Assembly: GCA_045644725.1 (NCBI GenBank)
Contig: JAZRHK010000136.1
Coordinates: 1-62,744, forward strand
Reading direction: 5' to 3'
DNA from: Candidatus Coprenecus sp.
GTDB taxonomy: Bacteria > Bacteroidota > Bacteroidia > Bacteroidales > UBA932
DNA: 62,744 nucleotides
Part shown: positions 40,944 through 49,619 of the stretch, one piece after another
How the letters are laid out: each line of letters opens with the position of its first letter
How positions within the stretch are numbered: position 1 is the stretch's first letter
Notes under the pieces: model-generated
What the model was told of the DNA's origin: nothing
Databases searched by the model: none
The model's input: only the letters and a program-made list of their open reading frames with translations
Made by a program: the position numbers and the translations under genes

Positions 40944-42149
40944 TTAAAGACCGAGTTTAGCTCTGATTTCCTGAGGGATGGCGTTTTTGTTTACAAGAAC
41001 ATCCATAGTTTTGTATCTTACAAATGACTCAGATACGTACCATACACCCTTATATGTGCCAGATGCACCCCATGAGTTTTTGATGATGTAGTATTTTGTG
41101 CCGTTCTGATCTTTTGCAATACCGTACATATGCATACCGTGGTCATCGGTAGTCTGGTAGTTGTCATAACCAGCCTGACGCATCTCCTGAGTGATGTTCA
41201 ATTCAGGACCAGGGGTAGCAACAGCTTTGCTGGCGTTGCGTGGGTCAGCACCGATCCAGCGAGCCTCATCGCTGCCTGCAGCTTTTTTGATAGCCTCAGT
41301 GTCAGGAACTACACCGATACCGTCGCGGGTGAACCCTTTCTCACTTACGTCAGATGCCCATGCAAGGGTGTAACCATTGTTGAGAGCATTGTCGATGATA
41401 GCCATAAGGTCCTCAAGTGGAACATTGTAAGCTTTTTCCCAACGCCAGTTGTCTGGAACTTCCTGGATGGTCTCAGTATAGTAAGGGATATGTGTCCAAG
41501 AAACGATATCCACATAGTCATCAAGATTGATAGGGAGAGACTCCATATAAGTTTTAGGGGTGTACTCTTTGCCGTCAACTGTAAATTTCTCAGGTCTTGC
41601 ACCAAGATATGCATCAAGGATACCCTGGAAACCTTTTTTCCAAGCTGTAGAGAGCTTTCTGTTAGGGTTTCTGATTATAGCTTTTACGTATGCACCGGTT
41701 ACTGCGTCCATCTCACCGTGAACGTGGATGTCAGTGCCGTAGTTAAGGCCAACCATCTCTGAGTTTGGAACCATACCGTAGTGTTTCATTACGTACAGTG
41801 CATCACCGAATGAGCTGCCGGGTCCGAAATTAAGATTGCCGTGAAGTCTTACATATTTTTCAGCTTTGTCAGCATAAGCGTGAGAAACTACAAACATTTC
41901 TGAAAGGTCGATGTCCTGAGGACCGCCTGCTTTGATAATCTCTGATTCGAAGAATGAAAGGGCAGAGAAGCACCAGCAAGTACCTGTACTGCTCTGGTTT
42001 TTAATTGATGTTACAGGATTTTCAACCACGGTTGTAAATACATAACCTTGAGGTTCTTCCTGTTTAGGAGCTTTTTTCTTTTGTGCAAAAGAATTGACCG
42101 AAAGCATACATACAGATGCGACGATCAGTGCGAAAGATTTTAGGTTCAT
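40944..42149 (-). CDS. secreted C1-family cysteine peptidase (PepC-like), paralog 3 (more divergent)
   Basis: 401 aa with a signal peptide. QSSTGTCWCFSALSF. DDHGMHMYG His region. Confidence 0.75.
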   Translation of the reverse strand: MNLKSFALIVASVCMLSVNSFAQKKKAPKQEEPQGYVFTTVVENPVTSIKNQSSTGTCWCFSALSFFESEIIKAGGPQDIDLSEMFVVSHAYADKAEKYVRLHGNLNFGPGSSFGDALYVMKHYGMVPNSEMVGLNYGTDIHVHGEMDAVTGAYVKAIIRNPNRKLSTAWKKGFQGILDAYLGARPEKFTVDGKEYTPKTYMESLPINLDDYVDIVSWTHIPYYTETIQEVPDNWRWEKAYNVPLEDLMAIIDNALNNGYTLAWASDVSEKGFTRDGIGVVPDTEAIKKAAGSDEARWIGADPRNASKAVATPGPELNITQEMRQAGYDNYQTTDDHGMHMYGIAKDQNGTKYYIIKNSWGASGTYKGVWYVSESFVRYKTMDVLVNKNAIPQEIRAKLGL

Positions 42150-42282
42150 AATTGTTTATTTTAGTTTATTGTTTTTCTTATCAGGCAAATTTAAGAAATA
42201 TATACTATAAATGCAATATGCCAAAATGTCATAAAATTCCTTGGCTTGCATTTTGAAGCAGAGGTGGCGGAGGAAATTTATT

Positions 42283-44415
42283 ATGAAACAGGAAAACAAA
42301 GAGATTTTGAACAAATTTGCCGTCAATCTCAATGACAGGGCAAAAGGGGGAAAACTTGACCCCGTAATCGGTAGAGATGAGGAGATTAGAAGGGTCCTCC
42401 AGATATTGAGCAGAAGGACTAAGAACAATCCGATCCTTGTCGGGGAGCCGGGTGTAGGCAAGACCGCAATATCCGAAGGCATTGCGCAGCGCATCATTAA
42501 TCAGGATGTCCCTGAGAACCTTAAATCAAAGGAGATATATTCATTGGATATGGGTGCCCTTATTGCTGGGGCAAAATATCAGGGGGAATTTGAAGAGAGA
42601 CTCAAAGGTGTAGTTAAAGCAGTAATAGAGAGTGAGGGTGAAATTATCCTTTTTATCGACGAGATCCATACCCTTGTAGGGGCAGGGCGTTCATCCGGCG
42701 CAATGGATGCCGCCAATATCCTCAAACCAGCCCTTGCCCGCGGCGAATTGAGGGCAATAGGTTCCACTACCCTGGATGAATACCGCAAGTATTTCGAAGA
42801 GGACAAGGCTCTTGAAAGGCGTTTCCAGATGGTACTGGTGGATGAACCCTCACCTGCCGAGTCCATTTCCATTCTAAGAGGACTCAAGGAGAAATATGAG
42901 AACCACCACAAGGTCCATATTGAGGATGATGCTATCATTGCGGCAGTGGAACTCTCGCACCGCTATATCACCAACAGATTTCTCCCGGACAAGGCTATTG
43001 ACCTTATAGATGAGGCTGCTTCAAAGCTCCGTCTGGAGATGAATTCTGTGCCGGAGTCCATCGATGAGCTCAGCCGCAAGATAAGGCAGCTGGAAATTGA
43101 GCGTGAAGCGATCAAACGGGAGGGGAAATCTCCAAAACTGGATGAAATCCAATCGGCTCTGAAGGGGCTTGAGAAGGAGTATGAGGCGGCCAACAAGAGG
43201 TGGAAAGAGGAGAAATCACTCCTCGAGCAGATACAGAAAAAGCGCGAGGATATGGAGCGGTACAAATACCAGGCGGAGGATGCCGAGAGGAGTGGGGATT
43301 ACGGTAAAGTGGCAGAGATACGCTATGGAAAGATGGCCGACGCCCAGAGAACAATAGATGAACTCACAGCCAGGAAGGATTCCAACCCGGATCCTCTTAT
43401 CAATGAGGCAGTCATTGCAGAGGATATTGCTGAGATCGTGTCACGCTGGACAGGTATCCCTGTAAACAGGATGCTGGAGAGTGAAAAGACAAAACTTCTC
43501 AATATGGAGTCTCTTCTCCATAAAAGGGTTGTGGGGCAGGATGAAGCAGTACAGGCAGTCTCTGATGCTGTCCGGAGGAGCAGGGCAGGACTTCAGAATG
43601 AGAAGAGACCCATAGGATCCTTTATGTTCCTCGGAACGACCGGTGTAGGAAAGACAGAGCTTGCCAAGGCTCTGGCGGAGGCCCTTTTCAATGATGAGAA
43701 TATGATGACCCGTATAGATATGTCGGAATACCAGGAGAGACACTCCGTATCGAGACTTGTGGGGGCCCCTCCGGGTTATGTGGGGTATGATGAGGGTGGC
43801 CAGCTTACTGAGGCTGTGAGGAGAAAACCCTATTCGGTAATCCTTCTTGACGAGATAGAGAAGGCCCATCCCGATGTCTTCAATGTCCTTCTCCAGGTAC
43901 TTGACGACGGACGCCTGACAGACAACAAAGGGAGGACTGTGGACTTCAAGAATACTATCCTTATTATGACATCAAATATAGGGTCGGATATTATCCAGCT
44001 CTATATGAACAAGATAGTGAATGGGGGAGACAAGGGTGCCCTGATGGATGAGTGCAAGAGGGATGTCCTCACTATCCTCAAGAAAAGTGTAAGGCCCGAG
44101 TTCATCAACCGCATAGACGAGATAATAATGTTCGAACCATTGACTATGGAGGCCATTCACGGTATACTTGATATACAGCTTCGAGAGGTGAAAAGCAAAC
44201 TTCTGGAGAATGGGGTGGAGATAAGTTTTACCAGGAATTTTATAGAATATTTGGCTGAAAAAGGGTTTGATCCTGCATATGGTGCAAGACCTATAAAGAG
44301 ACTTCTCCAGAGAGAACTTGTCAATAGACTGGCTACAGAGATGCTGAAAGGTGCTATCTCTAAAGAAGATAAGATCACTGTAGATATCCATGATGGAGAT
44401 TTAATCATAAAATAG
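42283..44415 (+). CDS. clpB: ClpB-type AAA+ disaggregase lacking the N-terminal domain
   Basis: ORF 42241 starts on TTG; the first ATG is at 42283, giving 710 aa. It begins at the linker just before NBD1 ([40 protein letters not shown]). The coiled-coil M-domain and NBD2 ([10 protein letters not shown]) are present. The upstream 133 nt is intergenic to a divergent gene. Confidence 0.85.
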   Translation: MKQENKEILNKFAVNLNDRAKGGKLDPVIGRDEEIRRVLQILSRRTKNNPILVGEPGVGKTAISEGIAQRIINQDVPENLKSKEIYSLDMGALIAGAKYQGEFEERLKGVVKAVIESEGEIILFIDEIHTLVGAGRSSGAMDAANILKPALARGELRAIGSTTLDEYRKYFEEDKALERRFQMVLVDEPSPAESISILRGLKEKYENHHKVHIEDDAIIAAVELSHRYITNRFLPDKAIDLIDEAASKLRLEMNSVPESIDELSRKIRQLEIEREAIKREGKSPKLDEIQSALKGLEKEYEAANKRWKEEKSLLEQIQKKREDMERYKYQAEDAERSGDYGKVAEIRYGKMADAQRTIDELTARKDSNPDPLINEAVIAEDIAEIVSRWTGIPVNRMLESEKTKLLNMESLLHKRVVGQDEAVQAVSDAVRRSRAGLQNEKRPIGSFMFLGTTGVGKTELAKALAEALFNDENMMTRIDMSEYQERHSVSRLVGAPPGYVGYDEGGQLTEAVRRKPYSVILLDEIEKAHPDVFNVLLQVLDDGRLTDNKGRTVDFKNTILIMTSNIGSDIIQLYMNKIVNGGDKGALMDECKRDVLTILKKSVRPEFINRIDEIIMFEPLTMEAIHGILDIQLREVKSKLLENGVEISFTRNFIEYLAEKGFDPAYGARPIKRLLQRELVNRLATEMLKGAISKEDKITVDIHDGDLIIK

Positions 44416-44440
44416 GGGTGAATATGTCCGATATTTTACC

Positions 44441-44448
44441 TACTTTTG
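44441..44448 (+). promoter_or_regulatory. Bacteroidetes -7 box (TActTTTG) inside a 13-bp inverted repeat
   Basis: Exact TAnnTTTG. It lies in or next to the loop of the hairpin GATATTTTACCTA (44430-44442) / TAGGTAAAATATC (44462-44474), just upstream of the ATG at 44480. Confidence 0.35.
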
Positions 44449-44479
44449 TATGAGTATATACTAGGTAAAATATCCGATT

Positions 44480-46144
44480 ATGGCGTGGATAAATACATTG
44501 TTGTGGGATTCATCCAATATTGCACATATCATATTGCTCTATGCGATAGTGATAACAGTGGGTGTACTTTTAGGAAAAATTAAAATTTTCGGTGTCTCAT
44601 TTGGGGTTACCTTCGTACTTTTCGTAGGGCTTCTGATGGGACACTTCGGTTTTGGAGTGGAGTCGTCGGCTCTCAAGGTGGTCAAGGAGTTCGGACTTAT
44701 ACTTTTTGTCTATTGTGTCGGTCTTCAGGTGGGCCCCTCATTCTTCTCTTCCATGAAACAGGGTGGGGTGAAGCTCAATTCCATAGCTCTTACTATGGTG
44801 GCTCTGAACCTTATATTGGCATTCGGTATCTTCTACCTTGACGGCAGGATAGATTTCCCTATGATTGTGGGTATGCTTTGTGGTGCTGTGACCAATACCC
44901 CTGGTCTTGGTGCAGCAAACGAGGCTCTTGGCCAGATGAGCTATACCGGTGATCCGATAGCACTTGCATACGCCTGTGCATACCCCCTTGGTGTAGTTGG
45001 AATCATAGTTTCCATTGTGATTGTCAGATATCTCTGTAAAGTTAACCTTAAAAAAGAGGAGGATGAGATTCTGGCCAAAACAGCCGACTCGAAGGATGCC
45101 CCCAAATTCCTCTACCTGGAGGTCTCGAATGAAAATCTTGATGGGAAGACCCTTCCACAGGTCAGTGAACTCATAGGAAGAAGCTTTGTGTGCTCACGTA
45201 TCCGTCATGAAGGACACGTCAGTATACCTAATAAGGAGACTCAAGTCTATCTTGGTGATATAATGTATGTGGTCTGCTCTGATGAGGACATGGAGTCAAT
45301 TATCTCATTTATCGGAAAAGAGGTCAATATTGATTGGGAAGCACAGGATGCTCCTCTGGTGTCCAAGAGAATCCTGGTGACCAAAAATGAGATCAATGGC
45401 AAGACCCTTGGCAGTCTTAATCTTAGAAGCATATACGGGGTAAATGTTACCAGAATCCACCGATCAGGGCTCCAATTCTTCGCAGACCCGCATTTCAGGC
45501 TGATGGTGGGTGACAGAATAGTGGTGGTAGGTAGGCAAAGTGATATAGACAGAGTTGGCAATTATCTCGGAAATGAGCTCAAGCACCTTGACTCGCCGCA
45601 GCTGGCTGCTATCTTCGTGGGTATAGCATTGGGTATCATATTCGGCAGTATCCCTATTGCATTCCCAGGTATCCCTACACCAGTCAAGCTTGGATTGTCC
45701 GGAGGACCCCTTATCATAGCTATATTGATAGGAAGTTTCGGATATAAGCTCAAACTGATAACCTATACCACCCAGAGTGCAAATCTTATGTTGAGAGAGG
45801 TGGGTATATCTCTTTTTCTGGCCAGTGTCGGTATTGAATCGGGTGGTGGTTTTATGGATGCGCTTGTCCAGGGTGATGGTGTCCTATATGTAGGATATGG
45901 TCTTCTTCTGACCATGGTACCTATCATTCTGGTGGGTGTGCTGACCAAGTTCTTCCTTAAACTTGACTATTTTACTATTGCAGGTATCATAGCCGGCACC
46001 TACACCAATCCATCTGCCCTCTCATATTCAAGTTCACTATCCAACAAGATAAATACCCCTGCAATCAGCTACTCTACAGTATATCCTCTCGCTATGTTCT
46101 TGAGGATATTGACAGCGCAGGTGCTCATATTGATAATGATGTAG
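44480..46144 (+). CDS. YidE/YbjL (AAE, aspartate:alanine exchanger) family transporter with two central RCK_C/TrkA_C domains
   Basis: 554 aa. Two 5-6 TM halves separated by about 170 cytoplasmic residues containing two ...G.TL..L.....G..V..I.R.G duplicated motifs. Confidence 0.75.
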   Translation: MAWINTLLWDSSNIAHIILLYAIVITVGVLLGKIKIFGVSFGVTFVLFVGLLMGHFGFGVESSALKVVKEFGLILFVYCVGLQVGPSFFSSMKQGGVKLNSIALTMVALNLILAFGIFYLDGRIDFPMIVGMLCGAVTNTPGLGAANEALGQMSYTGDPIALAYACAYPLGVVGIIVSIVIVRYLCKVNLKKEEDEILAKTADSKDAPKFLYLEVSNENLDGKTLPQVSELIGRSFVCSRIRHEGHVSIPNKETQVYLGDIMYVVCSDEDMESIISFIGKEVNIDWEAQDAPLVSKRILVTKNEINGKTLGSLNLRSIYGVNVTRIHRSGLQFFADPHFRLMVGDRIVVVGRQSDIDRVGNYLGNELKHLDSPQLAAIFVGIALGIIFGSIPIAFPGIPTPVKLGLSGGPLIIAILIGSFGYKLKLITYTTQSANLMLREVGISLFLASVGIESGGGFMDALVQGDGVLYVGYGLLLTMVPIILVGVLTKFFLKLDYFTIAGIIAGTYTNPSALSYSSSLSNKINTPAISYSTVYPLAMFLRILTAQVLILIMM

Positions 46145-46145
46145 T

Positions 46146-47033
46146 ATGGGGAAGCTAAGTAAAACATATTGTGTGGCAGGACATCAGTTCTCTTTCGTTA
46201 TGGCGGAGACTTCGCCCCTGTGGAAATATGTTTTTCGTGCATACACCCCTTTTGAATCCATAGAATCCGAAGAGGACCTTTTTTCATTGGAGGTGACAGA
46301 TGTTCTGGAGGTTGTGGATCTGGAACAGATATATGTAGATGAAAATCCGGAACCCGGTTTTGTGAAAATAGCAGTCTACAGGTATCATGGCGGGTATTAC
46401 ATGGAGTTTACCCAGCATGACAGTGTTGAGGTCAATGGAAGAATGACTATGGATGGATATGGAAAGGTGAGACTCACCCTTATTGGTGACGAAATGAACC
46501 AATGGATGACCTTTACAAATATAGCTCAGGTAGTCTACTTTATGCGTACTGCTACATTGGAAACAGTGATGGCCCACGCCTCAGCTGTCCATTATCAGGG
46601 CAAATCATATCTGTTTTTAGGAAAGAGCGGTACAGGAAAAAGTACCCATAGCAGAATGTGGCTTCAAGGGGTAGAGGGATCTGAGCTTATGAACGATGAC
46701 CACCCTATAGTGAGGATTTCCGAGGATGGTACCCCTATTGCATATGGTTCGCCGTGGAGCGGGAAGACCCATTGCTATCACAATATGGCAGCACCCGTAG
46801 GTGCAATCGTGAGAATCCGCCAGGAAAAGGAGAATGCGATCCGCAAGCTCCGCCCTGTTGAGGCATATGGCTCTGTGATGGTCAGTTGCTCGGGATTCCC
46901 TATAGAAGAGAGAATCACAGAGGGGAAGAGCAATACACTTCAAAAGATAGTAAAAGGTACCTCCTGCTGGGAACTTGGCTGCCTGCCCAACGTGGATGCT
47001 GCCATTGTATGCAGGGATGCCGTTTGTCAGTAG
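46146..47033 (+). CDS. P-loop HPr-kinase-like (HprK C-terminal domain-like) protein
   Basis: 295 aa. HASAVHYQGKSYLFLGKSGTGKSTHSRMW resembles the HprK/lasso-kinase 'HA.AV...G.a.l..G.SGaGKST' core, followed by NDDHP. Starts 1 nt after the transporter stop. Confidence 0.55.
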   Translation: MGKLSKTYCVAGHQFSFVMAETSPLWKYVFRAYTPFESIESEEDLFSLEVTDVLEVVDLEQIYVDENPEPGFVKIAVYRYHGGYYMEFTQHDSVEVNGRMTMDGYGKVRLTLIGDEMNQWMTFTNIAQVVYFMRTATLETVMAHASAVHYQGKSYLFLGKSGTGKSTHSRMWLQGVEGSELMNDDHPIVRISEDGTPIAYGSPWSGKTHCYHNMAAPVGAIVRIRQEKENAIRKLRPVEAYGSVMVSCSGFPIEERITEGKSNTLQKIVKGTSCWELGCLPNVDAAIVCRDAVCQ

Positions 47034-47036
47034 CTT

Positions 47037-47492
47037 ATGGGAGAGAAACTTACTATACCGAATTCCATTTTTTTTGCTGAGGTGGAGAGCCACATATCGG
47101 GGGGGAGGAGTGTGGTAATTCCTGTGAAAGGTTACAGCATGCTCCCTTTCATCCGGGATGGCAGGGACAGTGTAGAGCTTGTAGGATGCAAGGAATTGAA
47201 AGTGGGAGATATTGCTTTGGCCAAATTGGGCAATGGCAATTTTGTGCTCCACAGAGTGTGGGAGACAGATGGTGGGAAAGTGGTTCTTATGGGAGATGGC
47301 AATATCGCAGGAAAGGAGGTTTGCAGACACTCTGATATAATTGGTGTAGCCTCCAGGATTTTTAGAGGCAAGAGGGTGATAGACTGCACCTCTGCCGCTT
47401 ATTTGAGAAATGTTAAAATATGGAGGGGGCTCCTCCCTATAAGAAGATATATTCTGGCGGTTTACCGCCGTTTAATAAAATTAGGGCTATGA
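47037..47492 (+). CDS. soluble S24/S26-type serine peptidase-like protein
   Basis: 151 aa. VKGYSMLPFIRDGRDSVELV matches the G-x-S-M-x-P nucleophile motif. No N-terminal TM or signal peptide. 3-nt gap from the kinase-like gene and 4-nt overlap with the next gene. Confidence 0.55.
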   Translation: MGEKLTIPNSIFFAEVESHISGGRSVVIPVKGYSMLPFIRDGRDSVELVGCKELKVGDIALAKLGNGNFVLHRVWETDGGKVVLMGDGNIAGKEVCRHSDIIGVASRIFRGKRVIDCTSAAYLRNVKIWRGLLPIRRYILAVYRRLIKLGL

Positions 47493-47755
47493 GGATTAAA
47501 AAAGGTTTCAAATTAAGGGAAATTATGGGCGAATTTGCCGTTATAGGTGAAGGGCTTGAGCAGGTCAATTTCAATAAGATAATATCTCTCAACAGCACAG
47601 CTGCATACATATGGAGAGAGATCGAGGGGAAGGACTTTGATGCAGAGATGGTGGCAGAGCTGCTTCTTGACAAGTACGAAGTGAGTCGTGAGACAGCATT
47701 GTCAGATGCTACAGTGCTGGTGCGCAAATTGGTGGAAAACGGATTGACCGAATAG
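47489..47755 (+). CDS. PqqD-family protein (RiPP recognition element-like)
   Basis: ATG at 47489 within ORF 47420..47755, giving 88 aa. ...LNSTAAYIWREIEGKDFDAEMVAELLLDKYEVSRETALSDATVLVRKLVENGL is the classic PqqD pattern. Confidence 0.7.
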   Translation: MRIKKGFKLREIMGEFAVIGEGLEQVNFNKIISLNSTAAYIWREIEGKDFDAEMVAELLLDKYEVSRETALSDATVLVRKLVENGLTE

Positions 47756-47760
47756 GCAAA

Positions 47761-49401
47761 ATGGTAATAAAGAGGATTATAAAGATTCTTCCGAAGGAGT
47801 TTTACCGGACGGGTGGCTGGATAGTGGCTTCGGTTCCGGTAAGGGCCCTTTTGAATCTTGTGGGTGTGGCAGCCCTCCTTCCGGTGCTTCAGGTGGTGCT
47901 GGATGATAATCCTACCCGTTTCAGCCCTGTGACCGTATGTTTGGGAGTTCTGGCGGTCATTCTTCTCAAGAATATCCTCAATATTGCCCTGGGGGCATAT
48001 CAGAACAGGTTCCTCCTCAAGATATACAGATACTTTTCCACTGCACTTTTCTCTAATCTGTATCACAAGGGCCTTCTGTATATAAAAGGGCGCAACTCTG
48101 CTGAGATCTCGCACGAGATCAACGGGGTATGCTACTCTTTCTCATTGGGTGTGCTGTCTCCAATTCTGAACATGGCAGGTGAGAGCCTTTTGCTCCTGCT
48201 GATATATATTGGTCTCATTTTCTACTCCCCTGTTGCTTCAGTGCTTGTCCCTGTATGCTTTATTCCGGTGATACTCCTCTATGTCCATATGGTAAAAAAC
48301 AGGGTGCAGAGTTATGGGAAAAAGGAGAATGAGGCGAGAAGGAAGATGTGGAAAACTGTAGTGGAGACCTTCCGGGGTTATGCAGAAGTGGAGGTAAACG
48401 GTGCATTTCCGTCGATTGAAAAGCAATTTGATGAAAATTTGCAGGATATATCGCTGCAACGTGAGAAGATGACTGTAGTCCAGCAGCTCCCAATTACTCT
48501 GATAGAGCTCTCTGTGGTAGGGGCTATGGTTATACTGGTGCTTCTTAGCGGAGCTTTGGAGGGGGACAACCTGAGTGTCATGGTGGGTGTATTTGCCATT
48601 GCTGCCATGAGAATTCTCCCTGCAGTGAGGACTTTGACAAACGGGTGGACATCGGTGAAAAATGGGATGTACAGCCTGGATATCATAGAGCAGGGCCTCT
48701 CTGAAGAGGGCGTGGACAAGAAGATGGATGAACAGTTCAGTTTCTCCTGTGGACTTGAGGTAAGAAATCTGTCTTTTGCATTCCCGGATGGAGAACATAA
48801 GGTATTTGATGATTTCTCTATGTATGTGAGAAAAGGGGAGAAAGTGGGAATCAGAGGCCATTCCGGTGCCGGCAAGACCACCCTTTTCAATTTACTGCTG
48901 GGGTTTTACAGACCGGACAAAGGTGGCATCTATATTGACGGCAAAGAACTGACAGTGGAAAATCGTGCAGGATGGCTCAAATATGCAGGATATGTACAGC
49001 AGGATGTATTTATTCTTGATGCTTCATTGGCTGAGAATATTGCACTTGGTGTAAAAAGCGAGTTGATAGACAGGAACAGGGTCATGAGGGTGATCAAGGA
49101 GGTATCTCTTGCATCTTATCTGGAACAGCTTCCAGATGGTATCGATACTAGAATAGGTGAGATGGGGGCAAAGCTCTCCGGTGGACAGAAGCAGCGTGTA
49201 GGTATTGCCAGAGCACTTTATAAAGGGGCAGATATTTTATTCTTTGACGAGGCTACATCATCACTGGATAGTGCTACAGAGTCAGAAATCAACGAATCTA
49301 TAATGGAACTCTCCTCCCATAGAAAAGACCTGACTATTATTGCAATAGCTCACAGGGAGTCTTCTTTGGCTTTCTGTGACAGGATTATAGAGATTTTCTA
49401 G
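47761..49401 (+). CDS. ABC exporter, fused permease/ATPase (no C39 peptidase domain)
   Basis: 546 aa. Six-TM N-terminal half. Walker A GHSGAGKTT, signature LSGGQKQRVGIARA and Walker B ILFFDEATSSLD. Confidence 0.9.
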   Translation: MVIKRIIKILPKEFYRTGGWIVASVPVRALLNLVGVAALLPVLQVVLDDNPTRFSPVTVCLGVLAVILLKNILNIALGAYQNRFLLKIYRYFSTALFSNLYHKGLLYIKGRNSAEISHEINGVCYSFSLGVLSPILNMAGESLLLLLIYIGLIFYSPVASVLVPVCFIPVILLYVHMVKNRVQSYGKKENEARRKMWKTVVETFRGYAEVEVNGAFPSIEKQFDENLQDISLQREKMTVVQQLPITLIELSVVGAMVILVLLSGALEGDNLSVMVGVFAIAAMRILPAVRTLTNGWTSVKNGMYSLDIIEQGLSEEGVDKKMDEQFSFSCGLEVRNLSFAFPDGEHKVFDDFSMYVRKGEKVGIRGHSGAGKTTLFNLLLGFYRPDKGGIYIDGKELTVENRAGWLKYAGYVQQDVFILDASLAENIALGVKSELIDRNRVMRVIKEVSLASYLEQLPDGIDTRIGEMGAKLSGGQKQRVGIARALYKGADILFFDEATSSLDSATESEINESIMELSSHRKDLTIIAIAHRESSLAFCDRIIEIF

Positions 49402-49410
49402 AACTTGGGA

Positions 49411-49441
49411 TTTGTTTCTTGCTGGAAAATGTTTATATTTG
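49411..49441 (+). promoter_or_regulatory. Bacteroidetes promoter (TTTG -33, 19-nt spacer, TAtaTTTG -7) for the small ORF / lipoprotein pair
   Basis: TTTG at 49411-49414 and TATATTTG at 49434-49441, 30 nt upstream of the ATG at 49471. Confidence 0.5.
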
Positions 49442-49470
49442 CATTAATTTGAATGTAGATAGGAATTATT

Positions 49471-49602
49471 ATGTCAGAGAAAATGAAATCCCCATACATC
49501 TCTCCTGAAATGGAGATTATCGATCTTGTAACAGAATCAGGCTTTTGCTCAAGCAATCCAGGTGGAAATACTCCTGGTCTGGACAATAATACATGGAATT
49601 GA
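49471..49602 (+). CDS. unannotated 43-codon ORF, leader-peptide-like (family member 1)
   Basis: Hand translation gives MSEKMKSPYISPEMEIIDLVTESGFCSSNPGGNTPGLDNNTWN*. It is below the ORF-track size cut-off. It has its own promoter and is homologous at protein level to the small ORFs at 55073-55189 and 56979-57098. An alternative start is ATG at 49483. Confidence 0.55.
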   Translation: MSEKMKSPYISPEMEIIDLVTESGFCSSNPGGNTPGLDNNTWN

Positions 49603-49619
49603 CAAAAGGAGGATGTGAT

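Noticed and set aside
42156-42497. 113-aa minus-strand ORF and the TTG-initiated N-terminal extension (42241) at the clpB 5' end, considered as possible remnants of a ClpB N-domain.
   Set aside because: Neither translation resembles the ClpB N-domain. The minus ORF is a shadow of the clpB coding strand, and the TTG extension adds only 14 non-homologous residues.
49593-49619. ATG at 49593 as the start of the 634-aa lipoprotein (MELTKGGCDMKIG...).
   Set aside because: It would overlap the small ORF's last codons and place 9 non-signal residues before a canonical lipoprotein signal. ATG at 49620 gives MKIGVKLTFFAVFFFVIHSC.
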